A DNA stretch of 64,000 nucleotides from Octopus vulgaris (GCA_951406725.2 OX597828.1:10974001-11038000), one strand, 5' to 3'; shown: positions 1 through 12,067, counted from the first letter of the stretch. A program made the numbers and translations. The notes: generated by a model from the sequence alone, not told the origin.

Positions 1-256
1 TATTGTTCGGCTAGCCAGCCTGAGGCTATAATAGTAGGTGATTTGCACAAAGTGCCACGCAATGGGACTGAACCCGGACCAACGTGGTTGGGAATCAAGC
101 TTCATACCAGACTACCACGCTAGCATGTATATATACATATATATGTTAAACACACACAGACACACATATATATATATATATATTAGCAAAAATCTACACA
201 TGTATATGTGCGTGTCATACACATACACATAAATAAACAAATGTAGACAATTGCAC

Positions 257-264
257 AGATAGAT

Positions 265-321
<57 letters not shown>

Positions 322-335
322 CAGATAGATAGACA
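257..335. repeat. (GATA)n microsatellite
   Basis: Direct tandem AGAT run; source of the SIYL-repeat ORFs. Confidence 0.95.
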
Positions 336-832
336 GCTCAAGAGAAAGAGAGAGAGACACACACACACAGAAAGTGATTCGACTCGACTGTTGCAAATGG
401 CTAGGACACTAAATTGACTGCTACGTTAAATTTCAATACTATGTTTAAAATCAGTATATGATAACATTTCTCCCACTGCGCTAATAGTGCAACCCAATTT
501 CAATCTAACACCATCTAGATGAAGTGGACTCAATGTGATTGATCGTTGTTCGATAGAAGAAAATAATCAAAAAGAAATATAATAGAGGAGTAATGAGTTC
601 TAACATTGGCGGAATGCCACGCATTTTTAGTGAAAGGGCAGAGTCGATTGAATTAACAACCATTAACAACAGGTACTTTATTTTATCTACACATGAGGAA
701 TGAGTCAATGAGGGAGTCGGCACGTGGTCACTTGATTTTGCAAGAAATAACAGTCAAATATCTTTCGAAACCTACCCAATTGTCTTGGAAATGAGCTAAA
801 TTCAATAACGTTGACCGCTATCGTTTATAAAT

Positions 833-1130
833 GAAGACGCATGTTTCAGTGGTTAGAGTGTCGGGCTCACAATCATGAGGTAGTGAGTTCGAATCTCCGA
901 CTGGGCTGTGTGTTTTGCTCTTGAGCACGACACTTATTTCACGTCGATTCAGTTCACTAAGATGTGCAAATGACTTACGCCGTTACTGGTGCCAAACTGA
1001 ACAGGTCATTGTCTAACCTTTGGTTAACCTCGGTGTCGTGGAGAGGAGAGGCTGGTATCCATGGGCAACTACCAACTTCCATAAACAGGCCTGTCCGGTG
1101 CAATCCTATGGTCATTCAAGACTGAAAAGG
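833..1130 (+). mobile_element. Degenerate tRNA-derived SINE with CORE-like domain
   Basis: A-box-like CAGTGGTTAGAG, B-box GAGTTCGAATC, then CTTGAGCACGACACTTATTTCAC matching copies at 30437 and 60009. Confidence 0.7.
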
Positions 1131-1189
1131 TGTTTCTTTTTAATCGTTTATAAAGCGACTGTTAATAAAACGAAGTCTTTATAGTTTGA

Positions 1190-1522
1190 GATCGATACTT
1201 TATTTCCTCGACCGCGGAGGAATGGATGGCAAAATTGGTTTCAGCGCAATTTGAACAAAGAACCGAGCGAGCGAACTGGAAGAAATACTTCTGCACATTT
1301 CGTCCAGCGTGCTGAAGATTCTGCCAGCTCACCGCAATTACGCTTCCATTACGGATACTGATTTGAAATTTTTGTAAAAGGCCAGCAATTTCGGGGCATA
1401 GGTTATATCGATTACGTCAACCCTAGTGTTTAACTGGTATTTATATTACTGACCGCGAAAAGGCGATAGGCAAAATCTGCCCCAGTCGCATTTGAAACCT
1501 GAACGTAAAGACGGACGAATGC

Positions 1523-1525
<3 letters not shown>
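1190..1525 (-). mobile_element. Two degenerate SINE copies of the GCCTTTCATCC...GGTCGATAAA family
   Basis: Reverse-complement similarity to the abundant family at 17065, 48173 and 34410 (e.g. TTCTGCCAGCTCACCGC, ATTTGAAAC...AACGTAAAGACGGACGAA). Confidence 0.7.
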
Positions 1526-1571
<46 letters not shown>

Positions 1572-1574
<3 letters not shown>

Positions 1575-2019
1575 GGTGCAGTGAATAATCTGTCGTCTAA
1601 TTTACGCAAAAAGGAAAATAAAACTAACATGTTATTTTAACAGATATATCAACCAAAATTACATAAAAAATATCTTGAAATACTCAAAGAGTAAATTTAT
1701 TCAGGAAAATCGCTATCGGCTTCTACCACGGCCTCCAGACGACTCCGGGTTCTCCTGCAACTCGTCTGGACGGTCTTCTTGTTTACGTTGGTGAATGCTG
1801 CCATAATCTTTGCCCTCAGTTCATGTTTGTTGTTAAGAGGAGTGTTGTTTGTCTCTCGCTCAACTGCGCCCTACACATAATGATGAAGTAGGTTGCAGTC
1901 TTGGAAGTTAGGGATGATGTGGGATCAGAAATGGTCTGACAACCGTGACTGGGTTCTCCTCCATATGTGGCATGGTACAGAGTCCCGTTACCAGGCACAG
2001 GGTCTTCCAGCAGCCACCT
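1572..2019 (-). mobile_element. maT/DD37D-type Tc1/mariner 3' fragment
   Basis: TIR CAGGGTGCAGTGAATAATCTGTCGTC after a TA run matches the 3' TIR of the 6447-7325 element. Minus strand encodes degenerate ...GRPCAW*RDSVPCH... Confidence 0.8.
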
Positions 2020-2033
2020 ACTTATATATTTAC

Positions 2034-2080
<47 letters not shown>

Positions 2081-2084
2081 TATA

Positions 2085-2775
2085 TATACTCCTTCACAGA
2101 GAAAAGCAGCTTCACATGTGCTTGGGAGAACCTGATATACGCACTAACCTGCTCTGAGTATCAAGAGCAATACATGGGCCAAACAAAAAACAGTCTACGT
2201 CAAATGATGGCTCTGCACAGATCCCAGATAACTATTCCCCCAAAACAGAAAAATAGCATTCAGCCAACACATCGATATTTGCGCCAATAACAAAAATCCT
2301 AGAATTTCAGACTTTTCCCCCTCTACCAATTCAGGGACGATACAAACTGCAGCCAACGAATTAGTAGAGAGACTCGCTTTATTACAAAATACAGACCCCT
2401 TTTGAACGCATTTACAACAAATGACATATCCACCACGGCTTTAGAATAACACACACGGAAATATTAAAAATTATACATTCAAGAGATACACAAGAATTCA
2501 TTAAAAACAGTCCCACTCACTGGTATAATCCACAACGAACCTCGAACGTACAAGAGTAAACAAGAGAGACACAGACAGGCAGACACAAGGAAAATGCCAC
2601 TTGTTTTTGAATACTATGCAAATATTCTTTTAAAAATGTAATTGTTTTCCATACAGTTGAAAAAGTTTCAATGACTGAAACCGGTACTGAAATGTTTTTT
2701 ATAAAATTATTTTAGTATTTTCTACCTACCGGTGGTTACTCAGGAAGTGGTGCAAAAAAGAATTGGATCTTGTGT
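2085..2775 (+). mobile_element. Penelope-like element 3' fragment (GIY-YIG endonuclease plus pLTR-like region)
   Basis: FTCAWENLIYALTCSEYQEQYMGQTKNSLRQMMALHRSQI fits the PLE GIY-YIG pattern FTC..N(L/V)IY..TC..C..QYIGQT...LR.R...H. Frameshifted afterwards; hammerhead-like motif downstream. Confidence 0.8.
2654..2689 (+). ncRNA. Degenerate minimal type I hammerhead ribozyme motif (PLE-type)
   Basis: CAG-TTGAAAA-AG...CT-GAAA-CCGG-TA-CTG: stem I CAG/CTG, CUGANGA box with 2 substitutions, GAAA box, palindromic ACCGGT stem III, GUA cleavage triplet. Confidence 0.5.
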
Positions 2776-2872
2776 ATATATACATATATGTGAGTGTGTG
2801 TATGGCGTGTATATTTGTGTCAGTGTACGTATGCGTGCTTGGTATGTATTTTTACATATATATATATATATA

Positions 2873-4146
2873 CGAGGGACGTTCAATAAGTAATGCCTCT
2901 GACTCATTTGCAGTTGTTTGATGTAGCTGAAATTTTGCATGTGCAATTATTTATATCTCTATAGATTAAGTGGTAAATTACAGCTCTGAACTAAAAGCTC
3001 TGAACTGATTTACAGGTGTTTGAACTGAGTCAAGTGTGAAATGGAGCCTGTTGAGTGTCGAGCAATGATCCGGTTTTTGTATTTGAAAGGACGCACACCA
3101 CGGGAGACTTTTGATGAAATGAAAGTAACTTATGGTGATGATGCCCCATCATATGACCTTGTAAAACGCTGGCATCGTGAATTCAAACATGGTCGGAACT
3201 CTGTGGAAACAGCTCCCAGATCTGGTCGACCCCCTTCTGTCCGTCAAGTTGAGGCTGCCATTTTAGAAGATCGACGCATGACTATTCGCCAAATAGCCCA
3301 TGAGGTCAAGATTAGTTCCGGGTCTGTGGAAACTATCATTCATGACCATTTGCATATGCAAAAGGTGTCTGCCAGATGGATTCCCAGATTGCTCACACCT
3401 TTCCAGAAGCAAGAACGCGTCGAGTGCTCGAGGGTGAATTTGGAGATGTGCCAAGAAGACGAGTCAAAATTTTTCAAAAGACTGATTACACAGGATGAGA
3501 CCTGGGTCCATCACTATGATCCAGAGACCAAAGCCCAGTCAATGCAGTGGAAGCACTGTGACTCACCTCCTCCAAAGAAGGCAAAGGTGCAGCCCTCCGC
3601 TGGCATGGTCATGCTCACAGTCTTCTGGGACCATGACGGAGTAGTGATGACAGATTTCCTGGCAAAGGGTACCACAATTACAGGAGCCTATTATGCTTCA
3701 CTTTTGAGGAAATTAAGAGAAGCTATCAAAATCAAGAGGCGGGGCAAATTCAGCAAAGGCATCCTCCTTCTGCAGGACAACTCTCCGGTCCACAACTCGC
3801 GTGTCGCCAGATCAGAAGCACAGGCGTGCGGCTATGAACTCCTCCCCCATCCCCCTACTCTCCTGACCTTGCGCCCTCTGATTTTCACCTCTTCCCAGCC
3901 ATGAAGTTGTTTTTGAAAGGAAAGCGTTTCCCAGTTGATGCAGCCTTGATTTCTGAAGTCACGTCGTGGTTGGAGGACCAGGCTGGGGTCTTCTACAAAA
4001 ACGGTCTCCAGAGCTGCATCAAACGATGGGAGAAATGTGTAACTCTGGGTGGTTCCAATGTAGAAAAAGACTAATAACTGTGCCAAGTTTCGTTGCTCTA
4101 CTGTAATGGGAAGTGGGTCAGAGGCATTACTTATTGAACCCCCCTC

Positions 4147-4147
<1 letters not shown>
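2873..4147 (+). mobile_element. Full-length mariner (DD34D) DNA transposon, irritans/Hsmar2-like
   Basis: ~33-bp TIRs CGAGGGACGTTCAATAAGTAATGCCTCTGACTC / GGGTCAGAGGCATTACTTATTGAACCCCCCTCG, flanked by TA, 1275 bp long, with an internal transposase. Confidence 0.97.
3041..4074 (+). pseudogene. Mariner transposase with a single 1-bp frameshift near 3851-3855
   Basis: Motifs RSGRP, WIPRLL, QDETW, LQDN. Restoring one C in the C-run gives HPPYSPDLAPSDFHLFP...RWEKCVTLGGSNVEKD* (TAA 4072-4074) with exactly 34 residues between D2 and D3. Confidence 0.93.
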
Positions 4148-4198
<51 letters not shown>

Positions 4199-5451
4199 GC
4201 ATGAGCATATCGAAATGTAGAGGTTTATAGAGGTCTTATAAACATATAGACATATATGTCATAGCAAGTCTTATGTTGTGTGTGACCGCGTATATGTGTG
4301 AGCGCGGGCCTGTACGTACATCTATGTGTGCGTATGTGTCATTCCGCATGCCAGCCAGTAGAGATATATTTATGTTAGAAATTAAAAGTATTAATACTTC
4401 TTGTGCCGATCACGCTGTCATTAAGCGATAAACAATAGGTTATAAATAAAAAATTTAAAAAGCATTGTTTATACATAACTAATGTAACTGAACATATGAA
4501 AATGGGATACTTTACAGATTCAAAATGAGCAGCAAACCACTTTAGGTAAGGCTCTGTACGAAAAAATTTATAGAAATATTCTGTACAAATTATCATACGC
4601 AAACGAATCATTTGGTATTTTCTTGTGATTCGTTGTGGTAGAACCTGTAAGAAAATAAAAATCTGGTACTTTTTTCCCGCCGTTTTTCTTTTGAGGATGA
4701 TCAGCCTGCATAACATCAAAAGAATAGGGGGGAACATCAATGGAATAACATAAGAAGTGAATGTAGTAGATAATGATTGAAGGAAAAGAGGGGAAAAACG
4801 ATTGATGCCAATTAGGAAAGTCGCGTTGAGAAACGAAATATCAAAGCGAGAATACCAATTGCTAAACGTGGTAACAATTTTTAGGCATGTGACGGTATGT
4901 GCGTGTGGAATACGGAAGGATAGAGAAAGGAGAGAGGGAAGGAAGGAGAGGGGTAGCGTTTTGAGTGGAGGTGTGGGTATAATTCTCAAATAAATGACAT
5001 TCTAGACAAATGTACGTGTATATACAAATATACAGAGGTGTGTGAATGAGTGTGTATGTATATACATATATGTATCACTTTCTCTCTCTCCCTCTCTCTG
5101 TATATATATATTTACGTATATATATATATATATATACACATATACATATGTATACGCATATTATATATACGTTTATACATATATATATGTGTGTATCTAT
5201 GTCGATATATACACATAAATTTATATAAGTACATATACACATATAGATACACACATACACACGCATATATATATATATATATTCATGTATTCGAAACAAA
5301 ACTGTCCGTCGAACGGGAACGTGAGACTCTGAATAACAATTTTTGCGATATTTTTGCGATATTTTTGCTACTTTTCAATAAAGCATATAACTCTAGGTCT
5401 GGTATTCGAGTACTATGTTTTCCACCATGTTTCGCATCTATGTGCTTACTC

Positions 5452-5454
<3 letters not shown>

Positions 5455-5525
<71 letters not shown>

Positions 5526-5628
5526 ATACATATATGTATATATATATACATATACATGCATATGTATATATATATATACATGTATGCATATATATATATA
5601 TACATATATAGATGTATATATATATATA

Positions 5629-5725
<97 letters not shown>

Positions 5726-5727
5726 AC

Positions 5728-5758
<31 letters not shown>
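5455..5758. repeat. (TA)n/(TG)n compound microsatellite
   Basis: Direct inspection. Confidence 0.95.
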
Positions 5759-5759
<1 letters not shown>

Positions 5760-6165
5760 TTCTGGAAGGAATTGTGCCAAATTTTGGCATTGTGAGCTAC
5801 ACCAATGCTAGAACGGGACGACACTGCATAGTGCCAAATATCCCAGCAATGCCATCACGCTTCAGGACCAGCTTCTGCAACAGCCTGGGTTTCAAGGGCC
5901 CTCAGCTCTTTAATATTCTCCCAAAGAGACTGAGGAACTTGCACAAAGTAGATGTAGCGGTTTTTAAATCAAAGCTGGATATCTTCCTGTCAAGAGTCCC
6001 AGATGAGCCTACCTCACGGCAAGAGGTGCACATGAGAGTATCTATATCAAATTCCATTCTTCACCAAGTGCCACATATTAGACGAGGTTCGTCGTAATAA
6101 CAGTGTAGCACAGAACGGTGGTGCATCAGCATGGTCGCAGCTCTGAGCTGAAACTAGAAAAAAAA

Positions 6166-6167
<2 letters not shown>
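5759..6167 (+). mobile_element. CR1-group LINE 3' end (ORF2 C-terminus, 3' tail, oligo-A)
   Basis: [10 protein letters not shown]...GRHCIVP...[21 protein letters not shown]...[16 protein letters not shown]...SNSI, then tail GGTGGTGCATCAGCATGGTCGCAGCTCTGAGCTGAAACTAG(A)n. Confidence 0.85.
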
Positions 6168-6218
<51 letters not shown>

Positions 6219-6244
6219 TATATATACATCTATATATATACATA

Positions 6245-6336
<92 letters not shown>

Positions 6337-6405
6337 TATATATATGTACATATATATATATATATATATATAGATATATATATATATATGTAAATATATA
6401 TTTTT

Positions 6406-6444
<39 letters not shown>

Positions 6445-6446
6445 TA
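6168..6446. repeat. (TA)n and (TTTA)n microsatellites
   Basis: Direct inspection. Confidence 0.95.
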
Positions 6447-7325
6447 CAGTGTGCGATGGGTAAATTGTCGCCATTTCATGTTTTAATTTTCTGCATGCGT
6501 ATTGTTTGGTTTTGATTTTGTCGACTAAACAGTATAATGGGGTCAGTTGGAAACTCTCTGTGAGAAAATCCAGCCCGCTAACTTCATCGACTCTACCAGA
6601 AATTTCGAAACGACATACTGTATGCTTGGCATCCGCACCGGAAGCTCCAATACTAATACAGGTTGAACAAACAGAAGAGCTGTTGGATTCCTGTGCCCCC
6701 AAAGCATGTATCAAGAGTTATAAAAGTCGAATACCCGGTCAACATCATGGTGTTTGGTGTGATCACTAGTGATGGTGATGTTATGCCTCCATTAATCTTC
6801 CATTCATCACAGCCTCCCACTCAACACGGAGGCCTACATCAAGTGAGTAGAGAAGGTAAGGTAGTACTACCCTGGGTCAAGAGAGTGACTGTTGGAAGAC
6901 ACTATATCTGGCAACAGGACTCTGTGCCATGCCAAACAAGCAGAGAAACCCACTCATAGCTGTCACACAAATTCTGCAACCACATCACCTCTACCATCTG
7001 GCCACATAACTATTCAGACTTCACCCCCTTTCATTATCATGTGTGGGGCACAGTTGAGCGAGAGACCAAGAAAACTCCTTGTAACACCAAATCTGAACTG
7101 AAGCCAAGGATTATAGTAGCATTCCCTAACTTAAACAAGAAGACAGTCCAGATAAGTTGCAGGAGATTCCGAAGTCGTCTCGTGGTCGTGATCGAAGCCA
7201 CTGAAGATTTTATTGAATAAATATCCTCCTTTAGTATTCCAAAATAAACCATATCTGTTAAAATCAGATGTCAGTGTTACTTTCATTTTTGGTAATTTAG
7301 ACGACAATATATTCACCGCATCCTG
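6447..7325 (+). mobile_element. Internally deleted maT/DD37D Tc1/mariner element
   Basis: Imperfect TIRs CAGTGTGCGATGGGTAAATTGTCG / CGACAATATATTCACCGCATCCTG. Remnant PVNIMVFGVITSDGDVMPP...WQQDSVPC...WPHNYSDFTPFHYHVWG has 37 residues between D2 and the mutated D3 codon (CAT). Confidence 0.88.
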
Positions 7326-7389
7326 TGTATATATATATGCATGCATGTATGTATGTATAAATATCCCCAAACTTTTGTGAGTTGAATTA

Positions 7390-7592
7390 AGCAAACACTA
7401 TATATGAGAGAGATTTTTTATATTAGAAATAGCTTTAAAAAAGTTTTTAGCTCTATTTCTAATGAGTTCAGTATGCGCAAAGTAATTTATTTTACTAAGC
7501 CCTTTTATATAATGTAATAATTTGAATTCGCCTTATGGTCCCTTTGCATACTGAACACTTGTAAATTGATAATAATATAATATCAATTGTGA
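7390..7592 (-). mobile_element. Solitary copy of the AT-rich leader-plus-foldback family (no second arm)
   Basis: Reverse complement aligns by eye to 57200-57380 (CAAGTG.TTCAGTATG...TATAAAAGGG...GAACT..TTAGAAATAG.AGCTAAA...AGCTATTTCT); abuts a TA run. Confidence 0.6.
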
Positions 7593-8456
7593 ATATATAT
7601 ATATATATATATATATAGTAAAATCTAGTAACGCGAAACATACTTAAAGCGTTTACAATTAAAAGTTGTATTTTTTGCACAGCGGACCATAATGTTTTAG
7701 CACACTAAACATGCAACCATGCCAATGAGCAAGGTTTTGCGTCATTTTCGGCATACAGGCATCAGGTGCAGGTAAGTCTGTAAATCTAATTCGACAAGTT
7801 CATAACACCAAGGGGAACCGTTGGTGCCGTCTGTATAATCAGATGTAGTACCGAGTGAATCACAAAATTTTGTTTAATTAGTGATCGAGCGAAAAATAAA
7901 ACCGTATAGGACAGAATTGCTATAATCTCAACATCTGATCATACATACATATTTAAAACTACAGATGTCGTTGAGTACATAGTATACATTTTATTTAACA
8001 TATATATTTGACTGTATACCTCCAGGGAATTTATGTTAAAATATATTCAACTGTACAAGAGCAAAATTTACAAAATCTTGTGATGTGATAAAAAAGATAT
8101 TCACACACACACATGTATATACACACAAACTCACACACACACTCACACACACACCAGTCCGCTTACACGTACATACTTATATGTATATATGTGTATGAGA
8201 ATATATATGTGTGTGTGTGTCTATCTACGTATAAATACGTTGATATATAGGTCATGAGGTAATGCTAATTGCATGGTGCAATCAGTTGGGAGCTAGTCTA
8301 GATTGCATTGCACACTCGCACTCGCATATAAGTATGCTCATACTCACACACACACACACATACATACAGACAGGTACATATGCATATATGCAGATATTTT
8401 TATAACTGCATATACACATACATATGCTATATATATTTTTATACCTGCACATAACG

Positions 8457-8523
<67 letters not shown>

Positions 8524-8979
8524 TGCCCCCTCGTTATCGAGTATGGCCATTGCACGAAGCTTAACTATTATTGGTGCTGTGATCGAATGTGAATTTTATT
8601 TGCTTTTTAAGGCTACAGCCAGCCATTCAGTTGAGACTCACAGCACTATCAACAATCATGAACGATGTTGCTATCGTGCAATGCCTGTGCAAGAAGATTT
8701 TTTTAAAGTGAGGAAAGGCTGTGCACTGAGTCAATCCCACTCACTAAGCAACAGCAGCCATAATCCGAAAAGAAGAACAAGTCAACATCATCGGTAACCA
8801 CTGAACCGCAGGTTTTATGTCGGAGTTATCCCAGTTACCTGAGTTACCTACTCCTAGAAGGATGCCCTAATAAAGGCTTATCTCTTACTCTGTCTAAATG
8901 TATGTGCGTGTGTAAATACCTGCATTTGTTCCATCACACCTACACACAGGCTCGTACACATACATTCATAGCTGCACGT

Positions 8980-9299
8980 GTATACATACACACATACATA
9001 CATCCATACACACATACATACATACATACATACATACATACATACACACATACATACATACATACATCCATACACATACATACATACACACATATACATA
9101 CATCCATACACACACATACATACATACACACATACATACATACATACATACACACACACATACATACACACACACATACATACACACGTACATACATACG
9201 TGCATACGTACATACATACATCCATACATACACACACATACATATATATACACACGTACATACATACATACATACACACACACATACATTCATACATAC

Positions 9300-9330
<31 letters not shown>

Positions 9331-9483
9331 TACATACACACGTACATACGTACATACATACATACATCCATGCACACGTACATACATACATACATACACA
9401 CATACATACATACACACGTACATGCATACATACATACATACATACATACATACATACATACATACATACATACATACATACAT
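8980..9483. repeat. (CATA)n/(CA)n compound microsatellite
   Basis: Direct inspection; source of the HTYI/VCMY ORFs. Confidence 0.95.
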
Positions 9484-10149
9484 CGTCCTACCCACGTATA
9501 CATATATCCACCGCTATGGACGTCAGCAGGATATCAGCTCTCTGGGTTTTATTATTTAATAAGATTTTGCCATTGCCATTCAGCTTATTGTTTAGAGACA
9601 TACAGATTATTGCTGATCTACTTTTCCAGTCCGTAACACAAATTACACCCAGGTGTAACATGATTTGGCAAAATAATGTTTATTCCCACTTAACCTTATC
9701 AACACTTCTTAAGTATCGATAACGATATTTAAGTGTTTCCCGCTCAGGGATCAGCTCTAATCGATATTTTTCCTTTCAGTATGGTTTATGATATCTTATT
9801 TTACAATTAGTAAACCTGTACTTATGAAAACCTTCGCTAACGTCTGTGTCTAATTGCTTGTGTATTCGTGGTTGTTGTGTGTATGTGTGCGGTATTTTTT
9901 GTTCTCTCTGTGTTCGTATGTGTGCGTGCGTATACGATTATCTTTCTTGTTGTGTGTTTACGTGTGTTTTGGAGTGTATGTATGTGCGTGTCTGAGAAAA
10001 ATATACAATATAGAGCGGTGGAAGGTGGGGGTGGAAACAGCAGAGTGATAGAAAGAGAATATGAACCGGTTGTGATGACAAACGTTGAAATCGGACTTAA
10101 GATATATGCAATAAAATATTCAGCCTTGCAATAAATTATACTCAGGCCG

Positions 10150-10341
10150 TCTCCTCTCTCTCTCTCTCCATCTCCACACACACACACACATATATATATA
10201 TATGTATGTATGTATGTATGTATATATATATATGCATACAGACGTACACATACACATGTACAAATTTTTACATACACGCATTTATATACATACACTTATA
10301 GATTGATTGATAGATGGATTGGCAGATACATATATATATAC

Positions 10342-10438
<97 letters not shown>

Positions 10439-10456
10439 CACACATATATATACACA

Positions 10457-10490
<34 letters not shown>

Positions 10491-10545
10491 CAGACAGACA
10501 GACAGACAGACAGACAGACGTATATATATGTATGTATGTATATAC
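10150..10545. repeat. (CT)n,(CA)n,(TA)n,(CATA)n,(CAGA)n compound microsatellite
   Basis: Direct inspection. Confidence 0.9.
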
Positions 10546-10809
10546 GAAAGTAGACAGCATCTCCACGGAATTATAGCAAACATGTTCAAAGTTTGGCTCT
10601 TTACATTTAAGTACCCACATTTTGTCTCATTACGTGGTGGTCGAGTCCCTCTGACTTCACGTGGGCTGTCCACCCCATCACATGACAGACCAGTCAAGCG
10701 CGCTACTATCATCTATATAAAGGGAATCTTCCTGCTATATTCTTCAGCGAGGTTAGGTTTTGCACGATAGAATTCGGATCTTCGGCAGAAAGTACGCTTA
10801 CATTCACAT

Positions 10810-11053
10810 GTATCATTTGTCACCTACTTCGTTCCTGCACTCCTGCGGAAGTTCTGTCTCGGGTGGGTTTTTTCCTATTCCTTCCCGCATACCTTATCAT
10901 TATGTACCATCTGCTTGTTAAACCATTGTGTATATATTTTGACTGTTTCTTCAAGGTGTATCTCTTCAGCTTTGCCGTCTTGATGCACTCTTTAACGGGA
11001 GTCGCATTTAATCCTGGTTTTCTCATTCTTCCTTTATCTATACACTCAGCCTT
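10810..11053 (-). mobile_element. Possible degenerate RTE-clade LINE C-terminal fragment
   Basis: RKPGLNATPVKECIKTAKLKRY...RNRKKP loosely resembles the RTE ORF end (IR....V..I...KL.W.GH...R.RGRP). Confidence 0.3.
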
Positions 11054-11065
11054 ACTCTAACCAGC

Positions 11066-11373
11066 GTTGACGACACATGGCCTAGTGGTTAGAGCAGCGG
11101 ACTCGCGGTCGAGGGATCGCCGGTTCGAATCTCAGACCGGGCGATGTGTGTGTATATGAGCGAAGCACCTAAGCTCCACGCAGCTCCGACAGAAGGTAAT
11201 GGCGAAACTTCTGCTGACTCTTTCGCCACAACTTTCTCTCACTCTTTCCTCCTACATCTTGCAGCTCACCTGCGACGGACTGGCGTCCCGTCCAGGTGGG
11301 GAACCTCTACGCCAAGAAACCGGGAAACCGGCCCTTATGAGCCAGGCATGGCTCGAGAAGGAACAACCAACCA
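11066..11373 (+). mobile_element. tRNA-derived SINE with 12-bp target-site duplication
   Basis: A box TGGCCTAGTGG, B box GGTTCGAATC; TSD ACTCTAACCAGC at 11054-11065 and 11374-11385; second copy at 50445-50730. Confidence 0.92.
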
Positions 11374-11869
11374 ACTCTAACCAGCCTTATCTATCAACTC
11401 AGCCTTCACTCGTCAGAGAATGATTAAGCACAGAACACCTCTACGGAAGCTAAAAGAGGAATAACTACACGAACTTACAACGGAGGACCTACGTGATTGC
11501 CTAGCCTGCTTGAAATTCGAACCAACTTTTCCTCGAAAACACTGTATCTTGTGAAAATAAAGTAAGACATCTTGAGAAGCATTCATTGCTACACGATGTG
11601 AATAAAAAACTATTCAGCAGGTATGATTGGACCCCCGTTGATCACATGAAAATCTGAACAAAATAATTATGCGGGTAAATTACTCCTTCATCTAATCATA
11701 TATTTCAACTAAATTTGTTTTTTTTATCTATCTTTCTATGAGAATATTGTTATATCATGGCCTGACCATGGTAATATCTTTGCATCCACGTTAATTTTGT
11801 TTATTTTTCTTCTTTTGACATTCATTTGTTTCCTCCGTCTCTTTCTCTCTCTCTTCCTCCCTTTCTCTC

Positions 11870-11900
<31 letters not shown>

Positions 11901-12067
11901 TCGTAAGATCATACATAACACCCACTCATACTCTCTCTTCAAATCTCTCTCTCCTCGCCCTCTGCTCTCCTTCTCGCTTCCTCTTACACACACACGCTCT
12001 CTCTATCTTTATCTATCTATCGATCGATCGATCGGTCTGTCTATCTACCTATCTGTCTCTCAAAACA

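Noticed and set aside
4375-4989. 204-aa minus-strand ORF
   Set aside because: Non-ATG start, no recognisable domain, and composition reflects antisense of A/G-rich non-coding DNA.
5287-5455. GAAA-C-AAAACT-GTC half-hammerhead and pLTR-like sequence between TA runs
   Set aside because: No upstream CUGANGA box. It may be a truncated PLE end but cannot be supported from this window.
5050-5824. Long YIYI/VCMY/HTYI/SIYL ORFs here and at 8.9, 10.2, 19-21 and 43.6-44.6 kb
   Set aside because: Stop-free translations of microsatellites on multiple frames and both strands; not genes.
8268-8312. miRNA-like hairpin (GTGCAATC...GATTGCAT)
   Set aside because: Stem is short and bulged with no match to a mature miRNA I recognise.
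11075-11140. tRNA gene
   Set aside because: A/B boxes belong to a SINE head with a TSD-flanked body; no complete cloverleaf.
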